This document shows positions 9,606 to 18,800 of a DNA stretch of 64,000 nt, piece by piece; positions within the stretch are counted from its first letter, which is position 1; each line of letters starts with the position of its first letter. Location: NCBI GenBank assembly GCA_040005235.1, contig JBDTZG010000004.1, positions 96,001 to 160,000 of the forward strand, read 5' to 3'. The notes below the pieces were generated by a model. The model was not told the origin of the DNA, made no database searches, and saw only the letters and a list, made by a program, of their open reading frames with translations. The stretch is from Acidobacteriota bacterium. GTDB taxonomy: Bacteria > Acidobacteriota > Thermoanaerobaculia > Multivoradales > UBA5704. The translations under genes were made by a program, and so were the position numbers.

Positions 9606-10802
9606 TTAGGCTCCCGCCTGCTCCACCGCGTCGCGCACCGCGGCGACGACGTCCTCGGCATCTTCGTCGGTCATCGTCGGGAACAGCGGCAGCGAGACGA
9701 TCCGCGAGCAGACCTCTTCGGCGACGGGGAAGCGCCCCTCGGAAAAGTGGTACCGCTCGCGATAGTAGGCGTGGAGATGAACCGCCTCGAAATGGAGCCC
9801 GGTGCCGATTCCAAGATCCTTCAACCGGGCCATGAACGGCGCCCGCTCCGGAGCCAAGACCGTGAACAGGTGCCAGGGGTGGACGTGAGCGTACGGGGCG
9901 GTCCCCGGCAGTCCGAGCCCGGGCAGGTCGGAAAGGCCGCGCCGGTAGATCGCGGCGATCTCCGCCCGGCGGGCGTTGAACCGAGCGAGCTTCCGCAGCT
10001 GGTGCAGGCCGACGGCGGCGTGGAGATCGGTCAGGTTGTACTTGAAGCCCGGAAGCACCACGTCGTAAGTGGCGGGCGCCTTTTCGGTCGCTGAGTACGC
10101 CTTCCAGGCGTCGCGCCGCACGCCATGAAAGCGCCAGAGTTTGATTCGGTCCGCCAATTCGGCGTCATCGGTCGTGATCATGCCTCCTTCGGCCGAGGTC
10201 ATGTTCTTGATCGGATGGAAAGAGAAACAGGCGGCCGTGGTGCCCAGCTTCGTGGTCGCCCCGATCGGCGTTCCCTTGTACTCAGACCCCGCGGCATGGG
10301 CGGCATCCTCGATGATCGCCACATCCTCCCGCCCGGCTTCTTTAAGGACCGCCCGGATCGCGTCCAGGTCCGCCGGCTGGCCGGCGAAATGGACGGGTAC
10401 CACCGCCTTGGTGCGCGGGGTAAGGGCGGCGGCGAACGACGCCGGATCGAGGTTCCAGGTCGAGCGATCGACGTCCGCGAAAATCGGAGTGGCACCGCAA
10501 GCGATCACCATGTTCGAGGTCGCGGGCCAGGTGAGCGCGGGAACCACCACCTCGTCTCCGGGCCCGTACCCAAGAGCCAGGAAAATGACGTGCAGCGCCC
10601 CCGTGCAGGACGAGAACGCGAGCGCATGCTCGGCGCCCGACATGGCGGCGAATTCCTTCTCCAACGTTGCGGTGATCGGCCCGGTCGTAATCCACCCCGA
10701 ACGCAGGCAGCGGACGACCTCGTCGATCTCTTCCTCGCCGATGTCGGGGCGCGAAAAAGGCAGGGGCGGGTTCTTCGGCAGCACCGGCGGAGCGTAGTTC
10801 AT
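9606..10802 (-). CDS. arnB: UDP-4-amino-4-deoxy-L-arabinose aminotransferase (DegT/DnrJ/EryC1/StrS)
   Basis: LPFSRPDIG, SGWITTGP, EDAAHA, FSFHPIKNMTSAEGG and PGFKYNLTD motifs; first gene of the arn operon. Confidence 0.9.
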   Translation of the reverse strand: MNYAPPVLPKNPPLPFSRPDIGEEEIDEVVRCLRSGWITTGPITATLEKEFAAMSGAEHALAFSSCTGALHVIFLALGYGPGDEVVVPALTWPATSNMVIACGATPIFADVDRSTWNLDPASFAAALTPRTKAVVPVHFAGQPADLDAIRAVLKEAGREDVAIIEDAAHAAGSEYKGTPIGATTKLGTTAACFSFHPIKNMTSAEGGMITTDDAELADRIKLWRFHGVRRDAWKAYSATEKAPATYDVVLPGFKYNLTDLHAAVGLHQLRKLARFNARRAEIAAIYRRGLSDLPGLGLPGTAPYAHVHPWHLFTVLAPERAPFMARLKDLGIGTGLHFEAVHLHAYYRERYHFSEGRFPVAEEVCSRIVSLPLFPTMTDEDAEDVVAAVRDAVEQAGA

Positions 10803-10868
10803 TCCCGGCCGACCCGCAAACTCCGGAAGGCCCCGGAAGGAACCTGCGATGCGATAGTTTTCGGCCCT

Positions 10869-12554
10869 ATGAGCGAACCCCTCAATGCCCCTTCGAGCCG
10901 GAAATCCTGGCTCTCCGATGTCCTTCTCCTGGTTCTCGTCTTCGCCGCCCTGCTCGGCCCCTCGATCGGCCGCCGCGCGCTCTGGGAGCCGGACGAGGGG
11001 CGCTACGCCGAGATCCCACGCGAAATGGTCGCGACCGGCGACTACCTGACCCCCAGGATCGACGGAATCAAATACTTCGAAAAGCCGCCCCTCGTCTATT
11101 GGGCCACGGCCGCCGCGATCCGAATCGCCGGCACCTCCGAAGCGGCGGTTCGTTCACCCATCGCCCTCTTCGCCCTGCTCGGAGGGATCGCCGTCTACAT
11201 CGCAGGCCGCCGCCTCTTCGGCCGAGCCGCGGGACTCTGGTCGGCGCTCGTCCTAGCCACCTCGCCCCTCTGGCTCGGCCTAGGCCAAGTCCTCTCGCTC
11301 GACATGCCGGTCTCGGCCCTCCTCACCGCCTCGCTCCTAGCCTTCCTCCTGGCCGTCCGCGAGCCCCCGGGCTGGAACCGCCGCCTGCTCCTCTGGGCCT
11401 TCTACGCCTTCGCTGCGCTCGCGGTCCTCTCCAAAGGACTGATCGGCGTCCTGATCCCCGCCCTGGTGATCGGAGCCTGGATCCTCCTCACCCGCCAATG
11501 GCGCCTGATCCCCGTGGCCCTCGCCCCCACCGGAATCCTCCTCTTCCTCGCCATCGCGGCCCCCTGGCACCTTCTCGCCGCGCAAGCCCACCCGGAGTTC
11601 GCCTGGTTCTACTTCGTCCACGAGCACTTCCAGCGCTACCTGACCCAAGTCCACAACCGCTACGAGCCCCCCTGGTACTTCGTCCCCGTCCTCCTGGGGG
11701 GCCTGCTGCCGTGGACCCTCTTCCTTCCGCAGGCCCTCAAATCCGCCTGGCGCTCGGAACCCACAGAGCGCAGACAAACCCTCTTCCTAGCCTTGTGGGC
11801 CGCGCTCGTCTTCGGCTTCTTTTCGCTTTCCGACTCGAAGTTGATGCCCTACGTCCTCCCCGCCGTGCCGCCGCTGGCACTCCTCGTCGGAAGGTGGATT
11901 GCGGGCGTCGAGTGGGCGACTCAGCAACCCGGTCGCTCCCCGCTCCGCGCGGCGCTTTGGGTTCTCCTGCCCTTGGGGCTGATCCTCGCCTTGGCAGTAG
12001 CCTTCTGGCCCACGCCGACCGAAGGCACCAAAGACCGCGCCTTCCTCGATCTGCTCGGGGCTTACCGCCCCGCCCTGGCGATCTGCTTCGCCTTCATTGC
12101 CCTCGCGCCCTTCATCCTTGACCGCCTCGGCCAACGACGGGCTGGCATCGCCGCGCTGGTCCTAGGCAACGCCTTCCTCTTCACTACCCTGGGCGCGCTG
12201 GCCCCCCGCTTCGACGCCTACCGCTCGACGAAGCCCCTCGTCGAGGCTCTTTTGCCCCAGCTCCAACCCGGAGACGAAGTGGCGAGCTACCACTTCTACC
12301 CTCACACCCTCGCTTACTACTTGGGGCGCCGGATCACCATCGTTGGCTACACGGGGGAATTGGAATTCGGGGCTCGCCACGACGACACGACAGGCTGGGT
12401 GATTGGCGATTCGGAGTTCTGGCGGAGATGGAATGGGGCGGGGAGGGTGTTTGTGGTGGTGGACATGCAGCATAAAAAGCCCCTGCCGGTTGAGCTGGAG
12501 GGGGCGAGGGTGGTGGGGGAGGGGGGGATGTTTCGGGTAGTGATGAATCGGTGA
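10869..12554 (+). CDS. arnT: Lipid A 4-amino-4-deoxy-L-arabinose transferase (ArnT/GT83-like)
   Basis: LWEPDEGRYAEIPREM, YFEKPPL, LSKGLIG, FFSLSDSKLMPYVLP and GELEFG motifs; divergent from arnB. Confidence 0.88.
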   Translation: MSEPLNAPSSRKSWLSDVLLLVLVFAALLGPSIGRRALWEPDEGRYAEIPREMVATGDYLTPRIDGIKYFEKPPLVYWATAAAIRIAGTSEAAVRSPIALFALLGGIAVYIAGRRLFGRAAGLWSALVLATSPLWLGLGQVLSLDMPVSALLTASLLAFLLAVREPPGWNRRLLLWAFYAFAALAVLSKGLIGVLIPALVIGAWILLTRQWRLIPVALAPTGILLFLAIAAPWHLLAAQAHPEFAWFYFVHEHFQRYLTQVHNRYEPPWYFVPVLLGGLLPWTLFLPQALKSAWRSEPTERRQTLFLALWAALVFGFFSLSDSKLMPYVLPAVPPLALLVGRWIAGVEWATQQPGRSPLRAALWVLLPLGLILALAVAFWPTPTEGTKDRAFLDLLGAYRPALAICFAFIALAPFILDRLGQRRAGIAALVLGNAFLFTTLGALAPRFDAYRSTKPLVEALLPQLQPGDEVASYHFYPHTLAYYLGRRITIVGYTGELEFGARHDDTTGWVIGDSEFWRRWNGAGRVFVVVDMQHKKPLPVELEGARVVGEGGMFRVVMNR

Positions 12555-12601
12555 GAGGGGAAACCTCTGATTTCGCCGAGTTGTCCTACCAGGCCGGCGC
12601 G

Positions 12602-14800
12602 TCAAGAACTCGGACGCTTGGGCAGGCCGAGTTTTTCAACCCACCGCCGGTCGAGGTGGTAAAGCTCTTTTGGCTCGCCGTTGTCGTTCTCGTAGGCCTT
12701 CTTATAGCCTTCGAGAAGCCGAACGTGATCGGCCGAGTTGAAAAGATCTTCGGCCACGAGCCAAAGCCGATCCCCTGAGTATCTCTCGACGAGGCAGCGC
12801 GCCCCCAGTTCGTCCGCTGCACTTTCTAAAGCATTCTTCAAGCCAAGGAAGCCCGTCGGCCATGGAAAGTCCTGTGGAACGAGGGCTAGGAGGAAGGCAC
12901 GGCGCCGCGGCCTTGGCTCAGGATCTCCGAATACGGACTCCCGAAGGCCTCGCACAACTTGCAGCAGGTATTCCTCCCAACGCACGACCCGAGAGGTCGC
13001 TTTCGGGATCTCATAGCCGGGAACCGTTTCAGGGTCTTTTTCGCTGGAACCCGGCGCCTGGGAAGAACCAGATCCGGCTTCTTCCGACGAAACCCGGACT
13101 GAAGAGACTCCGCGCTCTTGGTCACGGAGCGCGCGCGCATAGTTTTCAAGAGCACTGTGGAGCCCGTCCCTGAACTCGGAGCGATCAACGACATTGTTAA
13201 AGGCATTGCAGCGCTCTTCGAGCGGCAGTGGCCGACGGCTCCCCAGAGATATCGCCCGCCAGAAACGCGCCCAGAGACTCGGCTGGCGTGCGGTGGCCCT
13301 ACGAAGCGCCTCCCAATGCGCGAGAAGCTGCAACATGGCCGCGGAATTGGACTCGGGTGGCGCTGGCGAATTTCCTAAAGGCAGATCCGCTTCGATCGGG
13401 AGTTTCAGGAAATCTTCGCTGGCCTTTCGGATTCTTTCCTTCGCCCCGATAGCGCGGAACGCCTCATGGGTTGCCAGAGCCTCTGGATCCACCGACCACT
13501 TCTGAGTACTGCCGGTCCCTGAGATTACGATTATGTCTTCCAGGCCGCTAAGTTCGCGCACATCTCCCTCGGTGGCAAACCGAATCTCGCGGAAACGGGC
13601 GCCAAGCCCCCTAAGCCTTTTCTGAATCTCACCTTGTATTGCGGAACCTAACTCATCGGTCTCACGCCGGACGGCCAAGCGCCAGCGGACCTCATGCGTC
13701 GGGTCGGCCACCGTTTCAGCCGGAGCTCGGGCATCGGTAGGGTCCTCTTTGTTCGTCTGTGGAGCGGAACCTGTATCGGTTCGAGAGGTTCCTTGCGGCA
13801 TCCCCTGTGCCAATGAAGCTTCGGTTTCTTGCAGCTCCAAGGCCGAAAAGTCTTCTCGAAAGAGCCACCGGGCCGCTGCAGCCCCGAAAGCCTCGGGAGC
13901 GAGCACTCGCCGCGTTTCCTCATCCGCGAGTCGCGCCATGCCCTGAACTGCGCAGATCGTTGCGCGCTGAACTTGGGTATCGAGCTGCGCGACGATGGCC
14001 CGAGCTGTGCGTCGAACGATGTCGCCCAACGCATCGCAGCGTTCCACTTCACCAAACAGAAAGCTGCGCGCGAACAACTCTCGGCGCGAGACCGCCGCTC
14101 TGATCGAGGGGATGCGTTCAAATTGAGCCTCGAATTCGATATTTCCCGCCCGCAGAGCCGTGATCTCTTGGAGTGCGGCATAGGTGTTGGCCTCAAGCCG
14201 ATTCGAGAAGTCGTGGTCCGAAAAGGCACCTGGAAGCGCAAAATAGCCAAGAATAAATGCCGTCCCGTCAAGACGTCGCGTAAGGTGCGCCACGTCGAGG
14301 AGCATCCCAGAGCCCGATCCTCCGCCCAGCGAGGTCACCAGCGCCACCCGCATACTGGTTTCCGGATCGGGTGCGGGGCTGGCGCAGCGAGCGCGAAATA
14401 TGCCCCTCTTGATAGACCTCTCGACACTCTCATCGGCGGCAAACAGTCCAAGGCGGCCGAGTGGACGGTAGCGCCGCGCTCCGGAAGGCTCTAGAGCATC
14501 AATGAGCTGGAACGATTTTCCCTCGGGAAACCAGGGAAGCAAATCGCGCCATCCCGAACGCCCCTCTTCATTCAGGCCGAGCTGCTCGAGAATCTCTGTG
14601 GCCTTTCGTGACGGTAAGTGTAGCCACTCCTCTGCGCCGAGCACGTTCCCTGGATCGCCGAGGGGCTTAGACTGATCGATCACCAGAAACGCCGTGGGCA
14701 CGCGCGAAAAGGATGCCATTTTCTCGAGAGACTTCTTTACTTCCACCGCAACCGAAGCGCCAAAGCCGCCGAGACCGAGTACTAGAGTCGGAGTTGTCAT
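12602..14800 (-). CDS. FtsZ/tubulin-like GTPase (Tubulin_2/FtsZl1-type), paralogue B, 732 aa
   Basis: TLVLGLGGFG, GARRYRPLGRLGLF, SLGGGSGSGMLLD (tubulin signature-like), GYFALP and ANTYAALQEI motifs. Confidence 0.85.
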   Translation of the reverse strand: MTTPTLVLGLGGFGASVAVEVKKSLEKMASFSRVPTAFLVIDQSKPLGDPGNVLGAEEWLHLPSRKATEILEQLGLNEEGRSGWRDLLPWFPEGKSFQLIDALEPSGARRYRPLGRLGLFAADESVERSIKRGIFRARCASPAPDPETSMRVALVTSLGGGSGSGMLLDVAHLTRRLDGTAFILGYFALPGAFSDHDFSNRLEANTYAALQEITALRAGNIEFEAQFERIPSIRAAVSRRELFARSFLFGEVERCDALGDIVRRTARAIVAQLDTQVQRATICAVQGMARLADEETRRVLAPEAFGAAAARWLFREDFSALELQETEASLAQGMPQGTSRTDTGSAPQTNKEDPTDARAPAETVADPTHEVRWRLAVRRETDELGSAIQGEIQKRLRGLGARFREIRFATEGDVRELSGLEDIIVISGTGSTQKWSVDPEALATHEAFRAIGAKERIRKASEDFLKLPIEADLPLGNSPAPPESNSAAMLQLLAHWEALRRATARQPSLWARFWRAISLGSRRPLPLEERCNAFNNVVDRSEFRDGLHSALENYARALRDQERGVSSVRVSSEEAGSGSSQAPGSSEKDPETVPGYEIPKATSRVVRWEEYLLQVVRGLRESVFGDPEPRPRRRAFLLALVPQDFPWPTGFLGLKNALESAADELGARCLVERYSGDRLWLVAEDLFNSADHVRLLEGYKKAYENDNGEPKELYHLDRRWVEKLGLPKRPSS

Positions 14801-14864
14801 GATTCATTCCTTTCCGAAAGTTCCTTGCTGCGGCCTCTCCCACAACTCCCAAGGTGGCCGCCCG

Positions 14865-14880
14865 AGCAATTCAGTGTCCG
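14865..14880 (-). promoter_or_regulatory. Possible internal sigma-54 (-24/-12) promoter for tubulin-like paralogue B
   Basis: Minus strand CGGACACTGAATTGCT is GG-N10-GC with a perfect TTGCT, about 65 bp upstream of ATG 14800. The -24 flank is imperfect. Confidence 0.4.
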
Positions 14881-14937
14881 GGTACAGACGTCTTGCGTCC
14901 TTGAAGGCAGGCAAAAACGAGGCTCAGCTACAATTCC

Positions 14938-15852
14938 TTACTGCCTCTCTGGGCCATGCTGACGTTGAAAGCTCTCGATGAGGTGCCGAGTTCGTCCTTC
15001 GAGAATCTTGCGAACGACTGGATCATGAGTACCTCCGACGAGCACTCCAGTTACTCGTGAGAGGAGCTCATGGTTGTAGCTGGCCAGACGAAAAATCGAA
15101 GCTTCAACCGAAGACTGATCGAGCACCTCTTGAATCAAGGCGTGGCCGACCACGACGAGTACGCGATAGTCGTCGGACTCGAGCCATTCGTCGGATGCTC
15201 CGTCGTACTGGGGCACGACAATCTCATCCGAATCCTTCACGCGGTGATCGCGGCGACCACAAAGGAGGCATGGTTCGGCGGGGGCCGATTGAAAACCAGC
15301 CGGAAGTTCTGGCGGAATTATGGAATCCTTCACCCGTTGCTTCTTTAAACTCTCGGAGCTGAAGCAAGCATGACAGAATAGGCACTTCTCCAATCGGGCA
15401 AGAAACGACCTTACTGCGAGCGGCTTAAGCGTCGCGTGTTCACAGATCGGACAGCGGCTTGCGCCGCGCGGCAGAAGGGCGAATTCTCCAGTAGGGAGGA
15501 GGAGCCCGCCCACGGGGCAGCCAAAAATGTTGGTGCAGAAGGAGTCGTCGAGCTCGCTGTGCTTTCGAATCCCAAAAGGCGACCTGCGCACTCCGCAGAC
15601 CGTACAGATCTTGATCTCGGTCTCGGGATCCGGGTCGTGGAGCGGCGATCGGACATGGCGAATAGCATTACAGCACGGGCAGTTTTCAAGCTCGCGACGG
15701 CAACGCGGGCAGCGCGACTGGTCAGCTAGGATCGGATAGCCACAGTGGCCGCAAGCCGTCTCGTAGCGGATCTCCTGATCTGCCTTTGCCGAGGCGCAAA
15801 GGAAGACGTTGCCGCCCGCGCGCCGAAAGAGGTAGCTCAGTGCGTGGGGCAT
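14938..15852 (-). CDS. Multi-zinc-ribbon (double-zinc-ribbon-like) protein
   Basis: Eight Cys pairs (CGHC, CPRC, CPCC, CTVC, CTNIFGC, CPIC, CLFC, CLLC). RBS GGAGAGGAG precedes ATG 15852, which overlaps the end of the upstream gene. Confidence 0.8.
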   Translation of the reverse strand: MPHALSYLFRRAGGNVFLCASAKADQEIRYETACGHCGYPILADQSRCPRCRRELENCPCCNAIRHVRSPLHDPDPETEIKICTVCGVRRSPFGIRKHSELDDSFCTNIFGCPVGGLLLPTGEFALLPRGASRCPICEHATLKPLAVRSFLARLEKCLFCHACFSSESLKKQRVKDSIIPPELPAGFQSAPAEPCLLCGRRDHRVKDSDEIVVPQYDGASDEWLESDDYRVLVVVGHALIQEVLDQSSVEASIFRLASYNHELLSRVTGVLVGGTHDPVVRKILEGRTRHLIESFQRQHGPERQ

Positions 15853-18800
15853 TTGAGCTCCTCTCCGGTGCAACAGTTTCGTCCCGTCGCGTGGTCGACC
15901 GGAATCAGCAACGTTCTACAGTTTGGGCAACGTACATTGTCAGGGAGTCCGTGATGGGCCGCTAACATTTTAAACTTTTCGGAGTCGTGCCCATTGACGC
16001 CGTCGAGATAGAAGCAGATGAGGTCCGCGGGCACTCGGAAGGTCTCATGGCTGCGATCTTTTTCATGGAGGTCTTCACAATTTGGACAGAACAATGCCTC
16101 GCGCACGTCCGGTCGCTTCCCGATCCGTGATTTTGGGAAGGCAATCGGGTCGCGCCGATGCTCTTCGATGCAGCGGGGGCAAAGCTCTTTGTCGATCGAG
16201 ATCTCTTCGGGAATCTCGCCGTGCCGACAGCAGGTCCACCACTCGGCATGGTTAAAGCCCTGGCAGAACGGGCAGCTTTTGTCCTGGCGCCGCGGATCCT
16301 TATGGAGTTCACTGGCTGTGCAATCAGGATTTCCGCATCGCGAACGGATGGGCCGGTGACAACCCGGGCAGTTCCGAGTATCCCTTGGTACATTGGCAAT
16401 GCCGTAGGAACAAGCGTCGTTGCCGCAGGTCACCGCGGCGGCTGAAACCGTGGTGCGAATATCTAGAAACTCCCGCAGCTTCAAGAAGCGACGATCAATG
16501 TGGTAAAGCTCAACGAATTCGGAGGCCTGATACGACTGATAGTAGTCCTCAATGTTGCGTATGTGGTCTGGAGGGTTGAAGAGATCCTCGGTATAGATCC
16601 AGATCCGCGAGCCGTGGTACCACTGGACCTGCACCTGACTATCAAGAATCTGGGCAGCGCTTGCCTTAATAAACTTAAGGAGATGATCCGCATCTTTCCC
16701 TGGCCATACCAGTCCTTTTGGCACCATGATGAATGCGAATCCCACGCGGAGGACATTCGGTGTCCGCCTCTCAAAGACGCTCTGTCGGCACCGTACGAGT
16801 GCTTCGCGCAGGCGAGCTTGGGCATCTTTTTCATTCAGTTCAAGGATCATGTGATCGCCACTTAGGCCTTGGTCCTGGCCGATTCGTTCTTGGACCAAAT
16901 CGAAAAGGCGTTGCCTCAGGACCTCTGGATCCTTCTCCGACGCGAATGTTCGGGCGCCCTCAAGAAGGGAGGGAAGCTTAGTGCGGAGGACTTCGAGTGC
17001 AATCGAGAGGAGAGGTTCAGTTAACTGGTAGAGCTTTGCGATCGGCGCAAGCTCGGCCTCGGGCACCCTTTCCCAGACTTCCTTTCCAGGAAGAGACTGT
17101 TCCGTTTCCTCAAGAGCTCTCCTGAGGGTCTCGCGAAGTTCCTTTATTGCCCGGACACGCAGAGTGGAATCCAAGCAACCCTGGACCGACGTATCGGCTA
17201 GGCCTGCTTGAACCTCGGGCAATGCTCGCCGAGATGCAATCATCTGATTGACCTTTGGCGACTTAGAGGGACGCCACCATCGCCTCTTCTGGTGACTGCT
17301 CAAGCGCGCTAACGCGTTTTCCCATCGCTTGCGGATTTCGGTAAGTGCCTCGGTGGTCTGCGGGAAGGGATAAAAGAAAAGCCGTGGATCATCAAGAAGT
17401 CCCTTCAGAAATCCCCGACGGGCAAGGGCACTCTCTCCCAATGAGGTGAGTGCGGCGCGGACGTGTGTGCGAACCTCGTCTCTGATTCCAGCGTCAAATT
17501 GATCGAAGGCGGACGGTAGTACTTGTCTCTTCTCCCCTGGCTCTAAGGTAGGAATGGGCGCAGTGAGAACTCGGAACAAATCCAACTTGCGGCTATAGAT
17601 CTTATCATCGGCGCTGAATTCAGAAAACGCCAGCTCGCCGAACTGTTTGAGTCGCTCGATCGACGCATTGACTTCGTCGGAATGTCCGCCGCGTAGTCGC
17701 TGGTCTATCCAAGCGAGCTGTTGCTCCAGGCCCTTGAAAATCTGCTCCTTCGCCTCATTTGCGTGGCGTTCTATGCGGCCTCGCCACTGCCGAATGAGTC
17801 TTCGGTGACTAGTATCATCAGACTGAGTGTCACCACTAGGTTTGAGATCCTCTTCACCCTCTCTTGGATCGACCGAGGTGATGGAGCCTGCTCGCATCAC
17901 CTCCATCATCGAGCGATTGGTTGCTTCGATCTTCGGCGCGAAGATTTGGGCCAGGAAGGAGGGTTGTTTTAGTGCTCGAAGTGCACTGTCGAAGAGTACC
18001 TCGTCGAGGTTCTCGATGGGTACGAGCGGTACGAACTGGCTACCAGAGGTACTAAAGCAGTGGGATCTCTTGCGACCTTGCTCCGTTAGCGCATCTCCCG
18101 AAACGACGTTTGCTGCGACCGAAAGCGTCTTGAGCTGAATGTCTCTCTGCAGTTGGCCCAGGATCGACTCGGCTATTCGCACGTTGGCGGCGAGAATCGG
18201 ATCGGTGCCGCAGAAGCCCTGGCTCGGACAAAGGAAAATGCGAGAAAAGGGTGCCTCACCGTGGACTGGAATGTCGAGGGGTGGAAGGTGGAAGTACCGC
18301 GCCTGAATCGGAATCTGCTGGTCCTTCAGATAACACAGCTCGCGGATACAGGCATATGCGTTCTGAAGGATTCGGCCGCCGTTGTCGACGTCCTGAAAGA
18401 CCTCGGGTAACATCAGGTAGCCGAAGACACGTGGCCGCCCCATCTGGCGCCTTGCGAGGTAGGCCATGTCGACGAGCATTCCGGCGCCCGTCCCTCCCGC
18501 AATCGAACCGACCAAGATGACTCGCTTGTCTTCAGAGAGCCGAACCGAGTCAACTTCACCGCCGATTTCGTGAAGCTTCGCTCGCACGGTTCTGCCGAGG
18601 GACTCGTCATTAAGGAAGAAACCGAGACGGCCGAGGACACGAAGCTGACTCGCTCCGTTGGCTTCGACTTCGCTGACCGGGATCGTGACGCGCTCAGGGA
18701 ACCAGTCAAGCACGTTTGCCCATGCGGGCTGATCGCCATGGACGCGATCGAGGTGGCGAAGCGCATCCTGGATCGTGCGGGGGTTAAGGAAAAGAAACTC

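Noticed and set aside
10125-10868. N-terminal extension making ArnT 809 aa
   Set aside because: It overlaps arnB on the opposite strand; ArnT homology begins at MSEPLN (10869).
12551-12778. 75-aa plus-strand ORF with a hydrophobic stretch after arnT (possible flippase)
   Set aside because: It is antisense to the conserved C-terminal domain of GTPase B and has a single hydrophobic segment, unlike ArnE/F.
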